From: an uncultured Acidobacteriota bacterium
Lineage (GTDB): Bacteria > Acidobacteriota > Vicinamibacteria > Vicinamibacterales > JAFNAJ01
Direction of reading: 5' to 3'
Length of the DNA stretch: 64,000 bases
NCBI GenBank assembly: GCA_963697285.1
Contig: CAVONI010000012.1
Span: 383,548-447,547 of the forward strand
Shown here one piece after another: positions 7,864-18,796 of this stretch. Numbering within the stretch: position 1 is the first letter of the stretch; each line of letters opens with the position of its first letter. The notes below the pieces were generated by a model. That model saw only the letters and a list, made by a program, of their open reading frames with translations, did no database searches and was not told where the DNA came from. The translations under genes were made by a program, and so were the position numbers.

Positions 7864-8759
7864 GCCTGCACCACCGCCCAGCGTCCCGTGCGTTCGACCG
7901 GCAAGAGCCCGGCGGCCGTGATGTTGCGGCGAATCTCCTCGAGTGGCGCGCGCCGCCGGCCCTGCTCGAGCATGTCGAGCGGCGACACGGCGTCGATGTC
8001 GTCGGCACCGAACAGCAGTGCGACCTGGGCCAGCTTCGGACCGTAGAGCGACCAATCGACCTGGATCGACTCGACGTTGTCGAGCCAGAGCCGCGCGAGG
8101 GCCACCACCCTGACATCGTCGTACCCGGTCGATGCCTGCTGGGCATCGATGTCGCGAGGCAGAGGCGCGAAGACGCGCACCATGCCGGTGCGCTTCTGCA
8201 GCGCTTTCACGTCACGCAAGACGGGCAGGGCGTCAGCCGTGGTGCGCCCGCGGCGCACGGTCACGCGGGCAATCGGCAGGCCCGCGTCGTTCACCGCCTG
8301 CAGCGCCGCGTCGCGGTCGCCGAGCAGGTCGAGGGGCGCCTCGGCGATCGCGGCCACGCCGCACTCCCCGAGACCGTCGATGAGGCGGGTCAAGGCCTTC
8401 GCGTCGCCACCTGCCAGGTCACCGAGATCGGCAAGCGAGTAGGCCGACACGGCCGTGCCGTTGGCGCGCGCCGTCACGGCGCGTGCACACTCCAGTGCGG
8501 CGTCGAATGACGCCGGACGGCCGACAATCCGCACCTCGCCTGCCGTGGCCGGCCACCCGGCCGTCGCGGCGGCGTCGCAGGCCACGTCGGCCACGCGCAC
8601 GAACGTGGTGCGCGCTCCATGCCGGCGCCGCCGCGCCTCGTCGGCGAGCATCCCCAGGCGCACCAGGTCGGTCGTGCCGACCAGTGACTGCACATCCTCG
8701 AAGGTCAGTGGGCGCCCACCGGCGATCTTCTCGCCCACCACCTCCAGCACAGAACTCAT
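7860..8759 (-). CDS. MqnC/MqnE-like paralog lacking the radical-SAM CxxxCxxC motif
   Basis: 299 aa. The N-terminus (LGMLADEARRRRHGARTTFV) and C-terminus (ALARLWLDNVESIQVDW...LLFGADDIDAV) align by eye with the neighbouring MqnC-like protein. The cluster-binding segment is replaced by VRVADVACDAAATAGW. Confidence 0.6.
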   Translation of the reverse strand: MSSVLEVVGEKIAGGRPLTFEDVQSLVGTTDLVRLGMLADEARRRRHGARTTFVRVADVACDAAATAGWPATAGEVRIVGRPASFDAALECARAVTARANGTAVSAYSLADLGDLAGGDAKALTRLIDGLGECGVAAIAEAPLDLLGDRDAALQAVNDAGLPIARVTVRRGRTTADALPVLRDVKALQKRTGMVRVFAPLPRDIDAQQASTGYDDVRVVALARLWLDNVESIQVDWSLYGPKLAQVALLFGADDIDAVSPLDMLEQGRRRAPLEEIRRNITAAGLLPVERTGRWAVVQA

Positions 8760-9694
8760 GACAGGCCTCCGGCAATTGCGTCGGTGATGCGCTGCGCGAG
8801 AGCCAGGGCCATCCGGCCCTGCCTGCCGTCGACGCGCGGTGCCCGGCGGTCGCGGACCGCCTGCACGAAGTCGTCGAGTTCGAGCCGCAGCGGCTCATCA
8901 CGGGTGATCTCGAGTTTGCCGCCTGCGATCTGCGGCACGGTGCCGCCCTGCCGCACCAGGCCGAACCGCTCCACTTCCTGGCTCGCGTAGTCGATCGACA
9001 GGTACTGGTCCTTCTGGAAGAAACGCACCTTGCGGACGCGTTCGCGGCTGATGCGGCTGGCCGTGAGGTTCGCGGTGCACCCGGATGCGAACTTGATCCG
9101 CGCGTTGGCGATATCGACGCGACCGGTGAGCACGGGAACGCCCACCGCGTCGATCGACACGACCTCGCTACGCACGGTGGCAAGCAGCACGTCGATGTCG
9201 TGGATCATCAGGTCGAACACCACGTCGATGTCGAGGCTCCGCTCAGGGAACGTCCCGAGGCGATGCACCTCGACGAAACCCGGATGGGTGACGAAGGGCA
9301 ACGCGGCCTGGACTGCGGGGTTGAAGCGCTCGGTGTGGCCCACGCCCAGCACGGCACCGTTGCGCTCGGCGGCCTCGATCAGGGCGTCGGCTTCGTCGAG
9401 CGAACGCGCCATCGGTTTCTCGACGAGCACGGCGATGCCGCGCTCGAGAAACGGCATGGCCAGCTCGTGATGCACCACGGTCGGCGCGGCGATCGTCACC
9501 GCGTCGACCTCGCCGATGAGGGCCGAGGCGAGGGTCACGGCACGCGTGCCGTGCTGCTGCGCAATCTCGGCGGCACGCGACGCGTTGGTATCGCAGACCG
9601 CGACCAGGCGCGCGCCCGGCATCTGCGCCAGGATGCGCGCGTGGTGCTTCCCCAGGTACCCCACGCCGATCGCTGCAATCCGAACCGTGTCCAT
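8756..9694 (-). CDS. Gfo/Idh/MocA-family NAD(P)-dependent oxidoreductase
   Basis: From ATG 9694. Rossmann motif IAAIGVGYLGKHHA, then VLVEKP and GHTERFNP. It lies next to lpx genes. Confidence 0.8.
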   Translation of the reverse strand: MDTVRIAAIGVGYLGKHHARILAQMPGARLVAVCDTNASRAAEIAQQHGTRAVTLASALIGEVDAVTIAAPTVVHHELAMPFLERGIAVLVEKPMARSLDEADALIEAAERNGAVLGVGHTERFNPAVQAALPFVTHPGFVEVHRLGTFPERSLDIDVVFDLMIHDIDVLLATVRSEVVSIDAVGVPVLTGRVDIANARIKFASGCTANLTASRISRERVRKVRFFQKDQYLSIDYASQEVERFGLVRQGGTVPQIAGGKLEITRDEPLRLELDDFVQAVRDRRAPRVDGRQGRMALALAQRITDAIAGGLS

Positions 9695-9699
9695 GGTCG

Positions 9700-10566
9700 C
9701 TACCTGCCCGAGGCGCCGGAACGCCGTTCGCGCCCGACCACCGCGATTCCCGCCGCGTCGGCCGCACGCACGAAGGCATCGCCGTCGAGTACCAGGGTTT
9801 GTCCGGCATCGAGCGACAGGGTGGTCGCACCAGCGCGATCCATCGCCTCGATCGTGGGCACCCCGACGACCGGCACGTCGAAGCGCATGTCCTGGTTCGG
9901 CTTGGCGACCTTGACGACCGCGCACCCTGGTCCCGCAAGTGCGCCCGCGCGGGCAATGGCGGCGTCGGTGCCCTCCATGGCCTCGACGGCCACGACGGCC
10001 CGGTCCTTCACGACCACGGTCTGGCCGATGTCGAGCCCCGCGATCGTGTCGGCCATCCCGTACCCGAAGGCGAGGTCGTCGGTCTCCAGCGTTGTCGGCG
10101 CCCGCCGTGACAGTTGACCGGCTCTTGCCAGGAGCGGTCGCAGGAACAGCGTCGAATCGAGCAGGTCGATGCCCTTGTCGCGCAGGACGTCGGCCACCGC
10201 CGCGATCAACGCATCGGTGTTCTTCGACCGCAGGCGCGTGAGCACCGACAGCAAGGTCAGGTCGGGCAGCACGCCGCCGAAGATCTGGACGTGCTTGACC
10301 TGGCCGGCCATGACCGCCTGCGTCGCCCCGGCGTCGCGCAGGATGGCGATGGCGGTGCCGAGATGTCCGAGCGAGACGCGATGCACCGCCGCGCCACGCG
10401 ACGTCGCATAGGCGTCGAGGTCGGCGTCGGCCTCTTCCTTGACGGCGACGACCGTCACGTCGTGGCCCAGCGCGCGTGCGGCGTCGAGGATGAGAAAGGG
10501 GAAGCGTCCGTTGCCGGCGATGATCCCTACACGCGACACGTCACTGCCCTCAGTCGTCAGACGCAT
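9700..10566 (-). CDS. lpxI: UDP-2,3-diacylglucosamine diphosphatase LpxI (DUF1009)
   Basis: Motifs [19 protein letters not shown] and [15 protein letters not shown], next to lpxA. The start is uncertain: ATG 10566, or GTG 10539 preceded by GAGGG. Confidence 0.75.
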   Translation of the reverse strand: MRLTTEGSDVSRVGIIAGNGRFPFLILDAARALGHDVTVVAVKEEADADLDAYATSRGAAVHRVSLGHLGTAIAILRDAGATQAVMAGQVKHVQIFGGVLPDLTLLSVLTRLRSKNTDALIAAVADVLRDKGIDLLDSTLFLRPLLARAGQLSRRAPTTLETDDLAFGYGMADTIAGLDIGQTVVVKDRAVVAVEAMEGTDAAIARAGALAGPGCAVVKVAKPNQDMRFDVPVVGVPTIEAMDRAGATTLSLDAGQTLVLDGDAFVRAADAAGIAVVGRERRSGASGR

Positions 10567-11788
10567 CGTCGGCGCGCTTGCCGCCGCGTCGCAGGGTGAC
10601 GCCACGTGCCGCGGTGCGGATGAACGAGACCAGCAACTGCACCTCGGGCACCTGCAGGTCGGGATCCTGCTCGATGTGCTGCAGCGCCTGCGAGGTGTTC
10701 ATCTTCGACTGCAGCAGCGTCCGGTACGCCTGCCGGATCTGGCGCACCAGCGTCGCCGAGAACCCGCGCCGCACGAGGCCGATCGTGTTGAGGCCGTAGA
10801 TCCTGGCGCGGTTGCCGACAGTCTTGCCGTACGGCAGGGCGTCCTTCGTCACGACCGAGTAGCCGCCGATGAACGCGTAGCGCCCCACGCGGCAGAACTG
10901 GTGCACGCCCGAAAACGCGCTGATGGTGGCGAAGTCCTCGACGTGGACGTGACCTCCCAGCGTCGCGCCGTTGCCGAAGATCGTCTCGTCCCCCACGTGG
11001 CAGTCGTGGGCGATGTGGGCATACGCCATGAACACGTTCCGGTCGCCGATGTGCGTCAGCCCGCCGCCGCCCTCGGTGCCGCGATGCACCGTGACGAACT
11101 CGCGAAACACGTTGGACGACCCGATCGACACGCGTGTCACGCCGCCGCGGTACTTCAAATCCTGCGGTGCGAGCCCAATCGACACGAACGGGTGGAACTC
11201 GTTGTGGTCGCCGATGGTGGTCCATCCATCGATGACCGACGACGCCCCGACCCGGCAGTTGGCCCCGATCCTGACGTTCGGGCCGATGGTCGCGTGCGGG
11301 CCGATGACCGTGCCCGGCCCGATCTGGGCGCCGGGGGCGATGATGGCGCTGGGGTGGATGTCGGTCGGCGCAGCCGAAATCGTCATCCACAGGTCGGCCT
11401 CGGCCACGACGTGTTCGCCGACCCATGCGACCGCGCGAGCCTTGGCCAGCGAGGGACGCGTGCGATCGAGCACGACCTCGAGCCTGACCTGGTCGCCCGG
11501 CACGACCGGGCGGCGGAACTTCGCGCGGTCGAACCCGCGGAGCGAGGCTCGTTCGCGTCCCGAGGCGGCGACCAGCACGGTCGCCGCCTGCGCGAAGGTC
11601 TCGAGCATCAACACCCCGGGCATGACAGGTGCGCCAGGAAAGTGCCCCTGGAACACCTCCTCGCTGACACTGACGTTCTTGATCGCCACGATCCGGCGGC
11701 CCGGTTCGTGCTCGGCGATCGTGTCCACGAGTTGGGCCGGATACCGGCAGGCGAGCCGCTCGACCGCGTGCGTGAGACGTGCCGACAC
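10550..11788 (-). CDS. fabZ/lpxA: Fused 3-hydroxyacyl-ACP dehydratase (FabZ) and UDP-GlcNAc acyltransferase (LpxA)
   Basis: One open frame. The FabZ part has [18 protein letters not shown]. It is followed without a stop by an LpxA hexapeptide-repeat part ([33 protein letters not shown]...). The likely start is GTG 11788, 15 nt after the skp stop; the longer ORF start at 11893 overlaps skp. Confidence 0.8.
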   Translation of the reverse strand: MSARLTHAVERLACRYPAQLVDTIAEHEPGRRIVAIKNVSVSEEVFQGHFPGAPVMPGVLMLETFAQAATVLVAASGRERASLRGFDRAKFRRPVVPGDQVRLEVVLDRTRPSLAKARAVAWVGEHVVAEADLWMTISAAPTDIHPSAIIAPGAQIGPGTVIGPHATIGPNVRIGANCRVGASSVIDGWTTIGDHNEFHPFVSIGLAPQDLKYRGGVTRVSIGSSNVFREFVTVHRGTEGGGGLTHIGDRNVFMAYAHIAHDCHVGDETIFGNGATLGGHVHVEDFATISAFSGVHQFCRVGRYAFIGGYSVVTKDALPYGKTVGNRARIYGLNTIGLVRRGFSATLVRQIRQAYRTLLQSKMNTSQALQHIEQDPDLQVPEVQLLVSFIRTAARGVTLRRGGKRADDASDD

Positions 11789-11802
11789 GGGGGCGGTGCG
11801 CC

Positions 11803-12426
11803 CTACTGCTTCGGCGCTGCTGCGCCGGCAGACACCATCTGGTCGAACCGCTTGATCACGTCGCTGGTGACGTCGAGACCCGGGTAGGCCCACACGACGC
11901 CGGCGTCAGCCACGCTGAACACCATCTGGAGGTTCTTCTCCTTGGCAACCGCATCGATGACCGGCATCAGCTTGCGCTGGAATTCGGCCTGCAGCTCCTG
12001 CTGGAGTTCCTGCACCTCGGCCTGCGCGTCCTGCGTGTAGCGCTGGATGTCGACGGTCAGCTTCTCGATGTCCTTCTCGAGCGTGCCCCGTGCTGTGTCG
12101 TTCAGCATCGTGCCGCCCTTCTGCAGCTTCTCCTGGTTGTCGGTGAGCTGCTTCTGCTTGGCCGCAAGTTCCGCGACCTTCTTGTCATTGAGCGCCTTGA
12201 CCTTGGTCGTCGCCGAACGGCCTTCGACCGATTCGTTGGCAATGCGCTGAATGTTCAGGTACGCGAACTTCGCGCCCTCGGGGAACGCGAGCGCAGGCGG
12301 CGCCTGGGCCGCGGGCTGCGCGGCAGGCTGCGCGGCGGCCGGCGTGGCCGGTGCCGGCTGCTGGGCGTACGAGGGACCAGCCACCAGCAGGGCACTGAGG
12401 GCAACGGCGAGAACGAGCGACTTCAT
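11803..12426 (-). CDS. OmpH/Skp-family periplasmic chaperone
   Basis: Signal peptide MKSLVLAVALSALLVAGPSYAQ followed by a coiled-coil-like body rich in K, E and Q. It sits in the conserved position between bamA and fabZ/lpxA. Confidence 0.8.
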   Translation of the reverse strand: MKSLVLAVALSALLVAGPSYAQQPAPATPAAAQPAAQPAAQAPPALAFPEGAKFAYLNIQRIANESVEGRSATTKVKALNDKKVAELAAKQKQLTDNQEKLQKGGTMLNDTARGTLEKDIEKLTVDIQRYTQDAQAEVQELQQELQAEFQRKLMPVIDAVAKEKNLQMVFSVADAGVVWAYPGLDVTSDVIKRFDQMVSAGAAAPKQ

Positions 12427-12477
12427 CGGCAAACGTCCTTTCACTGGGGAATGAGCACTACGGGCACGTGGCGGGAC

Positions 12478-15178
12478 CTAGAACGTCGATCCCACCGCAA
12501 ATCGGAAGGTGAACTGTTTCTGGGGCTGCAAGTTGTTGTCGAGCACCCCGCTGCGCTGTGGGTTGAAGGCGAAGATCAGCCGGAACGGCACGTTGAGCAC
12601 CGGCATGAAGAACCGAATCTCTGCCCCGGTCGACGTCTTGAACTGGTCCATCCCGAACCCCTGGTACCTCAGGAGCGTGGACGACGTGGTCGGCGCGGTG
12701 GTCGACGAGGTCGGCGTGAACAGGTAGTTCGGCGTCGACACCACACCACCCGGGACGACGCCGGGCACGAAGATCGGCACGTCGGCGTCGGGATCGACCT
12801 CGAAGCCGGGCACCTGGCCGGCGTCGTAGAAGAGCACCAGGCGCACCGGGCCGGCGATGGAGATCAGGTACTCGACATTGAACAGCAGGCTCTTGTTTCC
12901 GCCGATGACCAGGCCAGTCGCCGGATCGCGTGGGCCGACCGAGCGGAGGTCGAACCCGCGCATGCTGTACTCGCCGCCGAGGAACAGCCGCTCGTAGATC
13001 GGGAGCGCAAGGGTGCTGCCGTACTCCTTCACGAACTCGAGCTGCGCGCGCACGCCGAGCGACGTGCGCCGCGTGTGCTGGAAGTACGCCACGGTCTCGA
13101 GCCGCGGCTTGATGAAGTTGACGTTCCCCCCAAGCCCGGCCAGATCGATCGATGCCGACATGCGCTTGCCCGACGTGGGGAAGATGGGATTGTCGACCGT
13201 GTTGTAGACGATGCTCGGCACGATCTTCGAAATCGTCCGCTTGCCGCCGGCCCCCGCCAGCAGCGCGTCGGCGAGGAACGGGTTGCCCCCGATCACCGCC
13301 GGATCGCTGTAGAGCGGGTTCAGGTCCTTGACCTCGACGTTCTCCAGGCTGTAATTGATGAACGCCCGCGTGAAGTCACGCACCGGGAAGCCGAACACCA
13401 GGTTGCCGCCGGCCGAGGCCTGCGTGAACTGGTTGATGTACTTGATCTCGCGCTTGTAGACATCGAACCCGCCCGTGATGGGGCGATCGAACAGGAACGG
13501 CTCGGTGAAGGCGACCTGGTAGTTCTTCGTGCGCGATCCGGCCTGCAGCGACAGCGTCAGCGTCTCGCCCTTGCCGAGGAAGTTGGCGGTCTGGAAGGCG
13601 AGCTGCCCGAAGAACCCTTCGAACTGCGACACGCCCGCGCCGAACGTCAGCTGGTTCCGGTTCTGCTCCTCGAGCTTCAGAGTGACGTCGACCTTGTTGT
13701 CGGCGCCGGGGGTCTTGTCGACGCCGATGGCTTCGCCCTCGAGGTTCTTGAAGTACCCGAGCTGGTTCAGCCGCTTGACGCTGAACTTGAGCGCTTCGGT
13801 GTTGAACACGCCGTTCTCGTACAACCGGATCTCGCGACGAATCACGTTGTCGCGGGTCGTCGAGTTCCCGACGAAGGTGATGCGGTTGACGAAGTACTGC
13901 TTGCCTTCCTGCATCCGCATCGTCACGTCGACGACGGCCGGCACGTTCGGGTCGGGGGCCGGTGCGGCGGCTGCGTCGGCGGCCTCCCCTTCCTTCGGCT
14001 GGTCGCGCGGGCTCAGGTCGGGGAATCCCGTGAATTCGAAGTAGCCTCCGGAGCCGTACACTTCACGGGCCTTCTCGAGTCCCTTGCGGATGTTCTTCTC
14101 GGCGTAGTACTCGCCTTCCTTCAGCTTGAACAGCGGTCGCAGCCCCTCAGCCTTCACCACCGTGTTGCCCTCGAAGGTGAAGTTGCCGACCCGATAGCGC
14201 CGTCCCTCGGTCACCGGGACGCGCAGTTCGACGAAGCGCTTCTTGCCGTCGGGCGCGTCCTCGAGCGTCTTGACCTCCGGCTGGCCGATGCGCGCGGTGA
14301 TGTACCCGCGGTCGCGGTAGTACTCGATGAGCTTGTCGGCGTCCTCTTCGAACTTGTCCTGCAGGTAGGTGCCGCGGCCGGTGATGAACGAGAAGGCAAA
14401 CTGCTCCTTGTTCTCCTTCATCTTGCGCTTGAGCTTGCCGTCGCCTACCGCTTCGTTGCCGGTGAAGTCGATGTCGCGGATCTTGTACCTGAGGGCCTTC
14501 ATCAATCGTGAAGGTCAGGTGCACCAGCTTCGGTCCGCCGCCAACTTCCTTCATCTCGTGCGTGACGCGGCCGTCGTGATAGCCCTTCTCGCTGAGCATC
14601 TCGCGCACCACGCCGTCGACGCGCCGGATGAGCCCCTGGTCGACGAACGAGTCGAGCCGGATCGTGATGCCCTTTTCCTTGAGCTTCTCGTCGATCTTCG
14701 TCTGTTCGAGTTTCTTGGTGCCGACGTAGTCGACGATCTTGACCCGTGGGCGCTCCTCCATCTCGAAGACCACGCGCTTGCCGATGACCCCGTTCGAATA
14801 CGGACGGTCGTCGACGCGGATCGAGAGGTCGTCGAGGAAGTTCGTGGCCCACAGGCGCTTGAAGTCGTCGAGCACGAGCTTCTCGGTCTCGTCGTTCCAC
14901 GGCACCCAGACACCCGCCGACGGTCGGCTCGGGCGCACCTGGATGTAATACAGATAGGTTTGTGGCTCGATGACCGACGTTCCTCCCTGCTTGGGGAACG
15001 CCAGCTCGATCTCCGACAGGACCGGCCCGGAGCCGGGGTCAGGTTCCCGCGCAGGGGCGGCAGGTTGCGCAGCAGCAGCAGGCGCGGGCGTGGGCTGCGC
15101 CAGGGCCGGCGCGACACTTCCCGCAGCGGCCAGGGCCGCGCACACGACAATCTCTCGGTATCGGGTCATCGAATCCAT
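12478..15178 (-). pseudogene. bamA: Outer membrane protein assembly factor BamA, split into two frames by an apparent 1-nt insertion near 14488
   Basis: ORF 14147-15178 provides the signal peptide and POTRA region up to ...LVHLTFTIDEGPQ. ORF 12478-14505 continues with YKIRDIDFTGNEAV, further POTRA domains, and a beta-barrel ending ...FRFAVGSTF. Removing one base from CCT CAG G TAC gives EGPQYKIRDIDFTGN. The span is 2701 nt, which is 900 codons plus 1 nt. Confidence 0.85.
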
Positions 15179-15332
15179 TGGGGCGCGCGTGAGAGGCGTC
15201 CCCGGCCCGTGCAGGTCGGGGCGCGCGCGGCAGGCTCCTGCGCGGCTCCGCCCCCTCGGGCCAAGCGACGAGTTTACAGGAAGAAAGACGCCTCAGGCCA
15301 GTCCGTGGCTTGCCTCACCCCTCGCCGGGGGG

Positions 15333-17771
15333 TCAGGAGGTCAGCCTCCGGCCGCTCGACGGGTCGCCCGCGTAGCGATACGACAGGGCGCCGCTGTCGA
15401 GGTAGAGTTCGAGATCGCCCCCGCGGAGGTGCCCACGGATCAGCTCTTCCGACAGGGGATCCTCGATGTAGCGCTGGATGGCGCGCCGCAGCGGCCGGGC
15501 GCCGTACGACCGGTCGTTGCACGTCTGCTCGATGATCCAGTCGAGGGCATCGGGCAGGACGTCGAGTTGCAGGCGCCGCTCCACGAGGTGCTGGTTGAGC
15601 TGGCCAATCAGCAGCCGCGTAATCCGCCGCAGGTCGTCGTCGGTCAGCGGATCGAACACGATGATCTCGTCGATCCGGTTGATGAACTCGGGATTGAACG
15701 TCCGCTTGACCTCCCCGAGCACCATCTCGTTGACGCTCTTGTTCAACTCCCGCGTGTCGGCCTGGAACCCGAGCGAGCCCTTCCCCTTCTGGATGAAGCG
15801 CGCCCCGATGTTCGAGGTCATGATGATGATCGTGTTCTTGAAGTTGACCCGATTGCCCAGCCCGTCGGTGAGGTGCCCGTCTTCGAACACCTGCAGCAGG
15901 ATGTTGAACAGGTCGGGATGCGCCTTCTCGATTTCGTCGAGCAGCACCACGCAGTACGGGTTCCGCTTCACCTTCTCGGTGAGCTGTCCGCCCTCCTCGT
16001 GTCCCACGTATCCGGGCGGCGAGCCAATCAGCTTCGACACCGAGTGCTTCTCCATGTACTCCGACATGTCGAAGCGAATCAGGGCGCCATCCGACCCGAA
16101 CAGGAAGTTGGCCAGGGCACGCGCCAGTTCGGTCTTGCCGACGCCGGTCGGGCCCAGGAAGATGAAGCTCCCGACGGGACGGTTGGGCGACTTGAGCCCG
16201 GCACGCGACCGGCGGATGGCCCGCGACAGCGCCGAGATGGCCTTCTCCTGGCTGATCACGCGCCGGTGAAGTTCCGCCTCCATCTGCAGCAGTTTGTCGC
16301 TCTCGTCCTGGTTCACCGACGTGATCGGCACGCCCGTCCACTTCGACACGACCTCGTCGATGTCGTGCTTGCCGACGATGACCCGCCGGGCGTTGGTCTT
16401 GACGTCGAACTTCTCGCGGACGAACTGCAGGTTCTCGCGGGCCACGACTTCCTGCTCGCGGAAGTACTGCACCTTCTCGCGGTCGTTGGCGACGACGGCC
16501 GTCTCCATCTGCTCGACGGCCACGCGGATGCTCTTGTTGATCTCGCCGAATTCCTCGGAATAGCTCGCCTCGCGCAGCTTCGCGCGCGCCCCCGCCTCGT
16601 CGACCAGGTCGATGGCCTTGTCGGGCAGGAACCGGTCGGTGATGTACCGGTTCGACTGGTACACCGCCGCCTCGATGGCTTCGCGGGTGTATTCGACGTG
16701 GTGGAACGACTCGTAACGATCCTTCACGCCGAGGAGGATCTCGATCGCTTCCTTCTCGCTCGGCGGATCGACCTTCACGGCCTGGAAGCGGCGTTCGAGC
16801 GACCGGTCCTTCTCGATGTACTTGCGGTACTCGGCAGGCGTCGTCGCCCCGATGCAGCGGATCTCGCCTCGCGACAGCGCCGGCTTCAGGATGTTGGCAG
16901 CGTCGAGCGATCCCTCGGCGGATCCGGCCCCCACGAGCGTGTGTAGTTCGTCGATGAAGACGATGATGTTGGGGTTCTCGGTCAGCTCCTTCATGATCGC
17001 CTTCAGGCGCTCTTCGAACTGGCCGCGGTACTTCGTGCCCGCGACGATCAGGGAGATGTCGAGGGCGAGGATGCGCTTGTCGGCGAGAAAGTGGGGCACG
17101 TCGCCACAGACGATCTTCTGCGCCAACCCCTCGACGATGGCGGTCTTGCCGACCCCGGGTTCGCCGATCAGCACCGCGTTGTTCTTGGTGCGCCGGCACA
17201 GCACCTGTTGCACGCGCTCGACTTCGACGTCGCGCGAGACGAGCGGGTCCAGGCTGTTCTTCAGCGCCGCCTCGGTCAGGTCGCGGCTGAATTCCGCCAG
17301 CAGGGGCGTTTCCTTGACCCGGGTGAGCGTGGTCTTCTCGTTCAGCAGCGCCACGATGTCTTCGCGGACACCGTTGAGCTTCATCCCCTTCTCCATGAGG
17401 ATGGCGGCCGCCACCGAGCGCTCCTCGCGGAGGATGCCCAGCAGCAGGTGCTCGGTGCCGATGTAGTTGTGCAGCAGCCGGTCGGCCTCTTCGGCGGCGA
17501 ACTGGAGGACGCGCTTGGTCTCGGCACTGAAGGGAATCTCGACCGACGTCGAGACCTTCTCGCGGAACACCGTGCGTCCCTCGATTTCCTTGCGAATCGA
17601 CTCGAGCGACAGGTGCGACCGGGCGAAGATCCGGCTCGTGAGCCCCTTGCCCTCGCGGATCAGGCCGAGGAGCAGGTGCTCGGTTTCGATCGAAATGCTC
17701 CCCAGTTGGCTCGCTTCATAGCGCGCGAAGAACAGGACGCGCCGCGCTCGTTCGGTGTACCGCTCGAACAT
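15333..17771 (-). CDS. clpC: ATP-dependent Clp protease ATP-binding subunit, ClpC/ClpA type
   Basis: From ATG 17771 ([13 protein letters not shown], the Clp_N repeat). Two AAA+ modules are present ([15 protein letters not shown] and [17 protein letters not shown]). Confidence 0.9.
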   Translation of the reverse strand: MFERYTERARRVLFFARYEASQLGSISIETEHLLLGLIREGKGLTSRIFARSHLSLESIRKEIEGRTVFREKVSTSVEIPFSAETKRVLQFAAEEADRLLHNYIGTEHLLLGILREERSVAAAILMEKGMKLNGVREDIVALLNEKTTLTRVKETPLLAEFSRDLTEAALKNSLDPLVSRDVEVERVQQVLCRRTKNNAVLIGEPGVGKTAIVEGLAQKIVCGDVPHFLADKRILALDISLIVAGTKYRGQFEERLKAIMKELTENPNIIVFIDELHTLVGAGSAEGSLDAANILKPALSRGEIRCIGATTPAEYRKYIEKDRSLERRFQAVKVDPPSEKEAIEILLGVKDRYESFHHVEYTREAIEAAVYQSNRYITDRFLPDKAIDLVDEAGARAKLREASYSEEFGEINKSIRVAVEQMETAVVANDREKVQYFREQEVVARENLQFVREKFDVKTNARRVIVGKHDIDEVVSKWTGVPITSVNQDESDKLLQMEAELHRRVISQEKAISALSRAIRRSRAGLKSPNRPVGSFIFLGPTGVGKTELARALANFLFGSDGALIRFDMSEYMEKHSVSKLIGSPPGYVGHEEGGQLTEKVKRNPYCVVLLDEIEKAHPDLFNILLQVFEDGHLTDGLGNRVNFKNTIIIMTSNIGARFIQKGKGSLGFQADTRELNKSVNEMVLGEVKRTFNPEFINRIDEIIVFDPLTDDDLRRITRLLIGQLNQHLVERRLQLDVLPDALDWIIEQTCNDRSYGARPLRRAIQRYIEDPLSEELIRGHLRGGDLELYLDSGALSYRYAGDPSSGRRLTS

Positions 17772-17822
17772 CCCGCTTACCCTAAGAAGTTGGCACGGGC
17801 CGGACCAGGGACGATGCAGGCC

Positions 17823-17828
17823 ATTATA
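17823..17828 (-). promoter_or_regulatory. Candidate -10 element (TATAAT) upstream of clpC
   Basis: The minus strand reads ccttgccgTATAATggcc, about 50 nt upstream of the clpC ATG. The perfect hexamer stands out in GC-rich DNA. No clear -35 element. Confidence 0.3.
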
Positions 17829-17928
17829 CGGCAAGGTCCCCGAGGGGTCTGAGACCGATCGGCGCCCGTCGCGCCGCCCGTGGTCCATATCCCCCGCAGC
17901 CAGTAGAACACGGTTTAGCCCCCGGCGA

Positions 17929-18603
17929 TCATGCCGGGTGCAATCGTCCACCTTCCAGGCGGAGCACGCGATCGCACGCCGCCGCCAACCGCGGATTGTG
18001 GGTGGCCAGGATCGACGTCAGGCGCGTCTCGGCGTGCAGATCTCGCAGCAGGTTGTGGAGGGCGTCGGCGGTCTGCTCGTCGAGGTCGCCGGTCGGTTCG
18101 TCGGCCAGCAAGAGCCGGGGACTCATCACGAGCGCCCGGGCGATCGCGACCCGCTGCTGTTCGCCTCCCGACAACAGCCCCGGACGATGCGTCAGGCGTC
18201 CGGCCAGCCCCACGCGCCGCAGCAGGGCCTCGGCAGTCGCCCGGGCCTCGCCCACCGGTCGCCTCGCGATGCGCATCGGCATCTCGGCATTCTCGAGGGC
18301 GGTGAACTCGGGGAGGAGGTGGTGGAACTGGAACACGAACCCGACGCGGGTGTTCCTGAACGCCACCCGACCCGCGTCATCCATCGAGGCCAGGTCGATG
18401 TCGTCCACGTAGATAGCCCCGGCATCCACCGGATCGAGCCCGCCGAGCACGTGCAACAGCGTGCTCTTGCCAACGCCCGATTCCCCGATGACCGCGACCA
18501 TCTCGCCCTCCTCGACCTGCAACTCGAGGTCGCGCAACACCCGGATGGTGTCGGCGCCGAGCCGGTAGGTCTTGGTGAGGCCTGTGACGTTCAGGAGTGG
18601 CAT
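17929..18603 (-). CDS. lolD: Lipoprotein-releasing ABC transporter ATP-binding protein LolD
   Basis: From ATG 18603 (MPLLNVTGLTKTY). Walker A GESGVGKST, signature LSGGEQQRVAIARA and Walker B LLLADEPTGDLD are present. It lies downstream of the lolC/E-like permease. Confidence 0.85.
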   Translation of the reverse strand: MPLLNVTGLTKTYRLGADTIRVLRDLELQVEEGEMVAVIGESGVGKSTLLHVLGGLDPVDAGAIYVDDIDLASMDDAGRVAFRNTRVGFVFQFHHLLPEFTALENAEMPMRIARRPVGEARATAEALLRRVGLAGRLTHRPGLLSGGEQQRVAIARALVMSPRLLLADEPTGDLDEQTADALHNLLRDLHAETRLTSILATHNPRLAAACDRVLRLEGGRLHPA

Positions 18604-18766
18604 CTGCTGGCGGGATTCCTGGTCGACAGTATCCCACACCAGGACGCACCGGGGGCCAGCAGCGCCGACCGCGAGGGCTGGCGAGGCGTGGGGACGGGAC
18701 GGACCGCGCCCAACGGCGTGGGCGGGCCCGGACGGGAGACCTTCGCGGGCCGGACAGGGGGCACGC

Positions 18767-18776
18767 GGGGGGGGGG
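18767..18776. repeat. G10 (C10 on the coding strand) homopolymer in the lolC-lolD spacer
   Basis: The sequence gcacgcGGGGGGGGGGccgg can be read directly. G5 and G4 runs flank it on the same strand. Confidence 0.9.
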
Positions 18777-18796
18777 CCGGAATGGGGTGCGTGCGC

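Noticed and set aside
11383-11386. The ATGA at the FabZ/LpxA junction as evidence for two ordinary overlapping genes.
   Set aside because: The TGA of that ATGA is in the +1 frame relative to FabZ. The FabZ-like sequence (…[12 protein letters not shown]) stays in the same frame as LpxA right up to the ATG. As the sequence stands it is a fusion; the indel alternative is kept in the finding.
15179-15332. The intergenic region between clpC and bamA as a possible small RNA or terminator.
   Set aside because: Only short 4-bp GC stems are present, and there is no U-tract or conserved-looking structure. The evidence is insufficient to call a feature.
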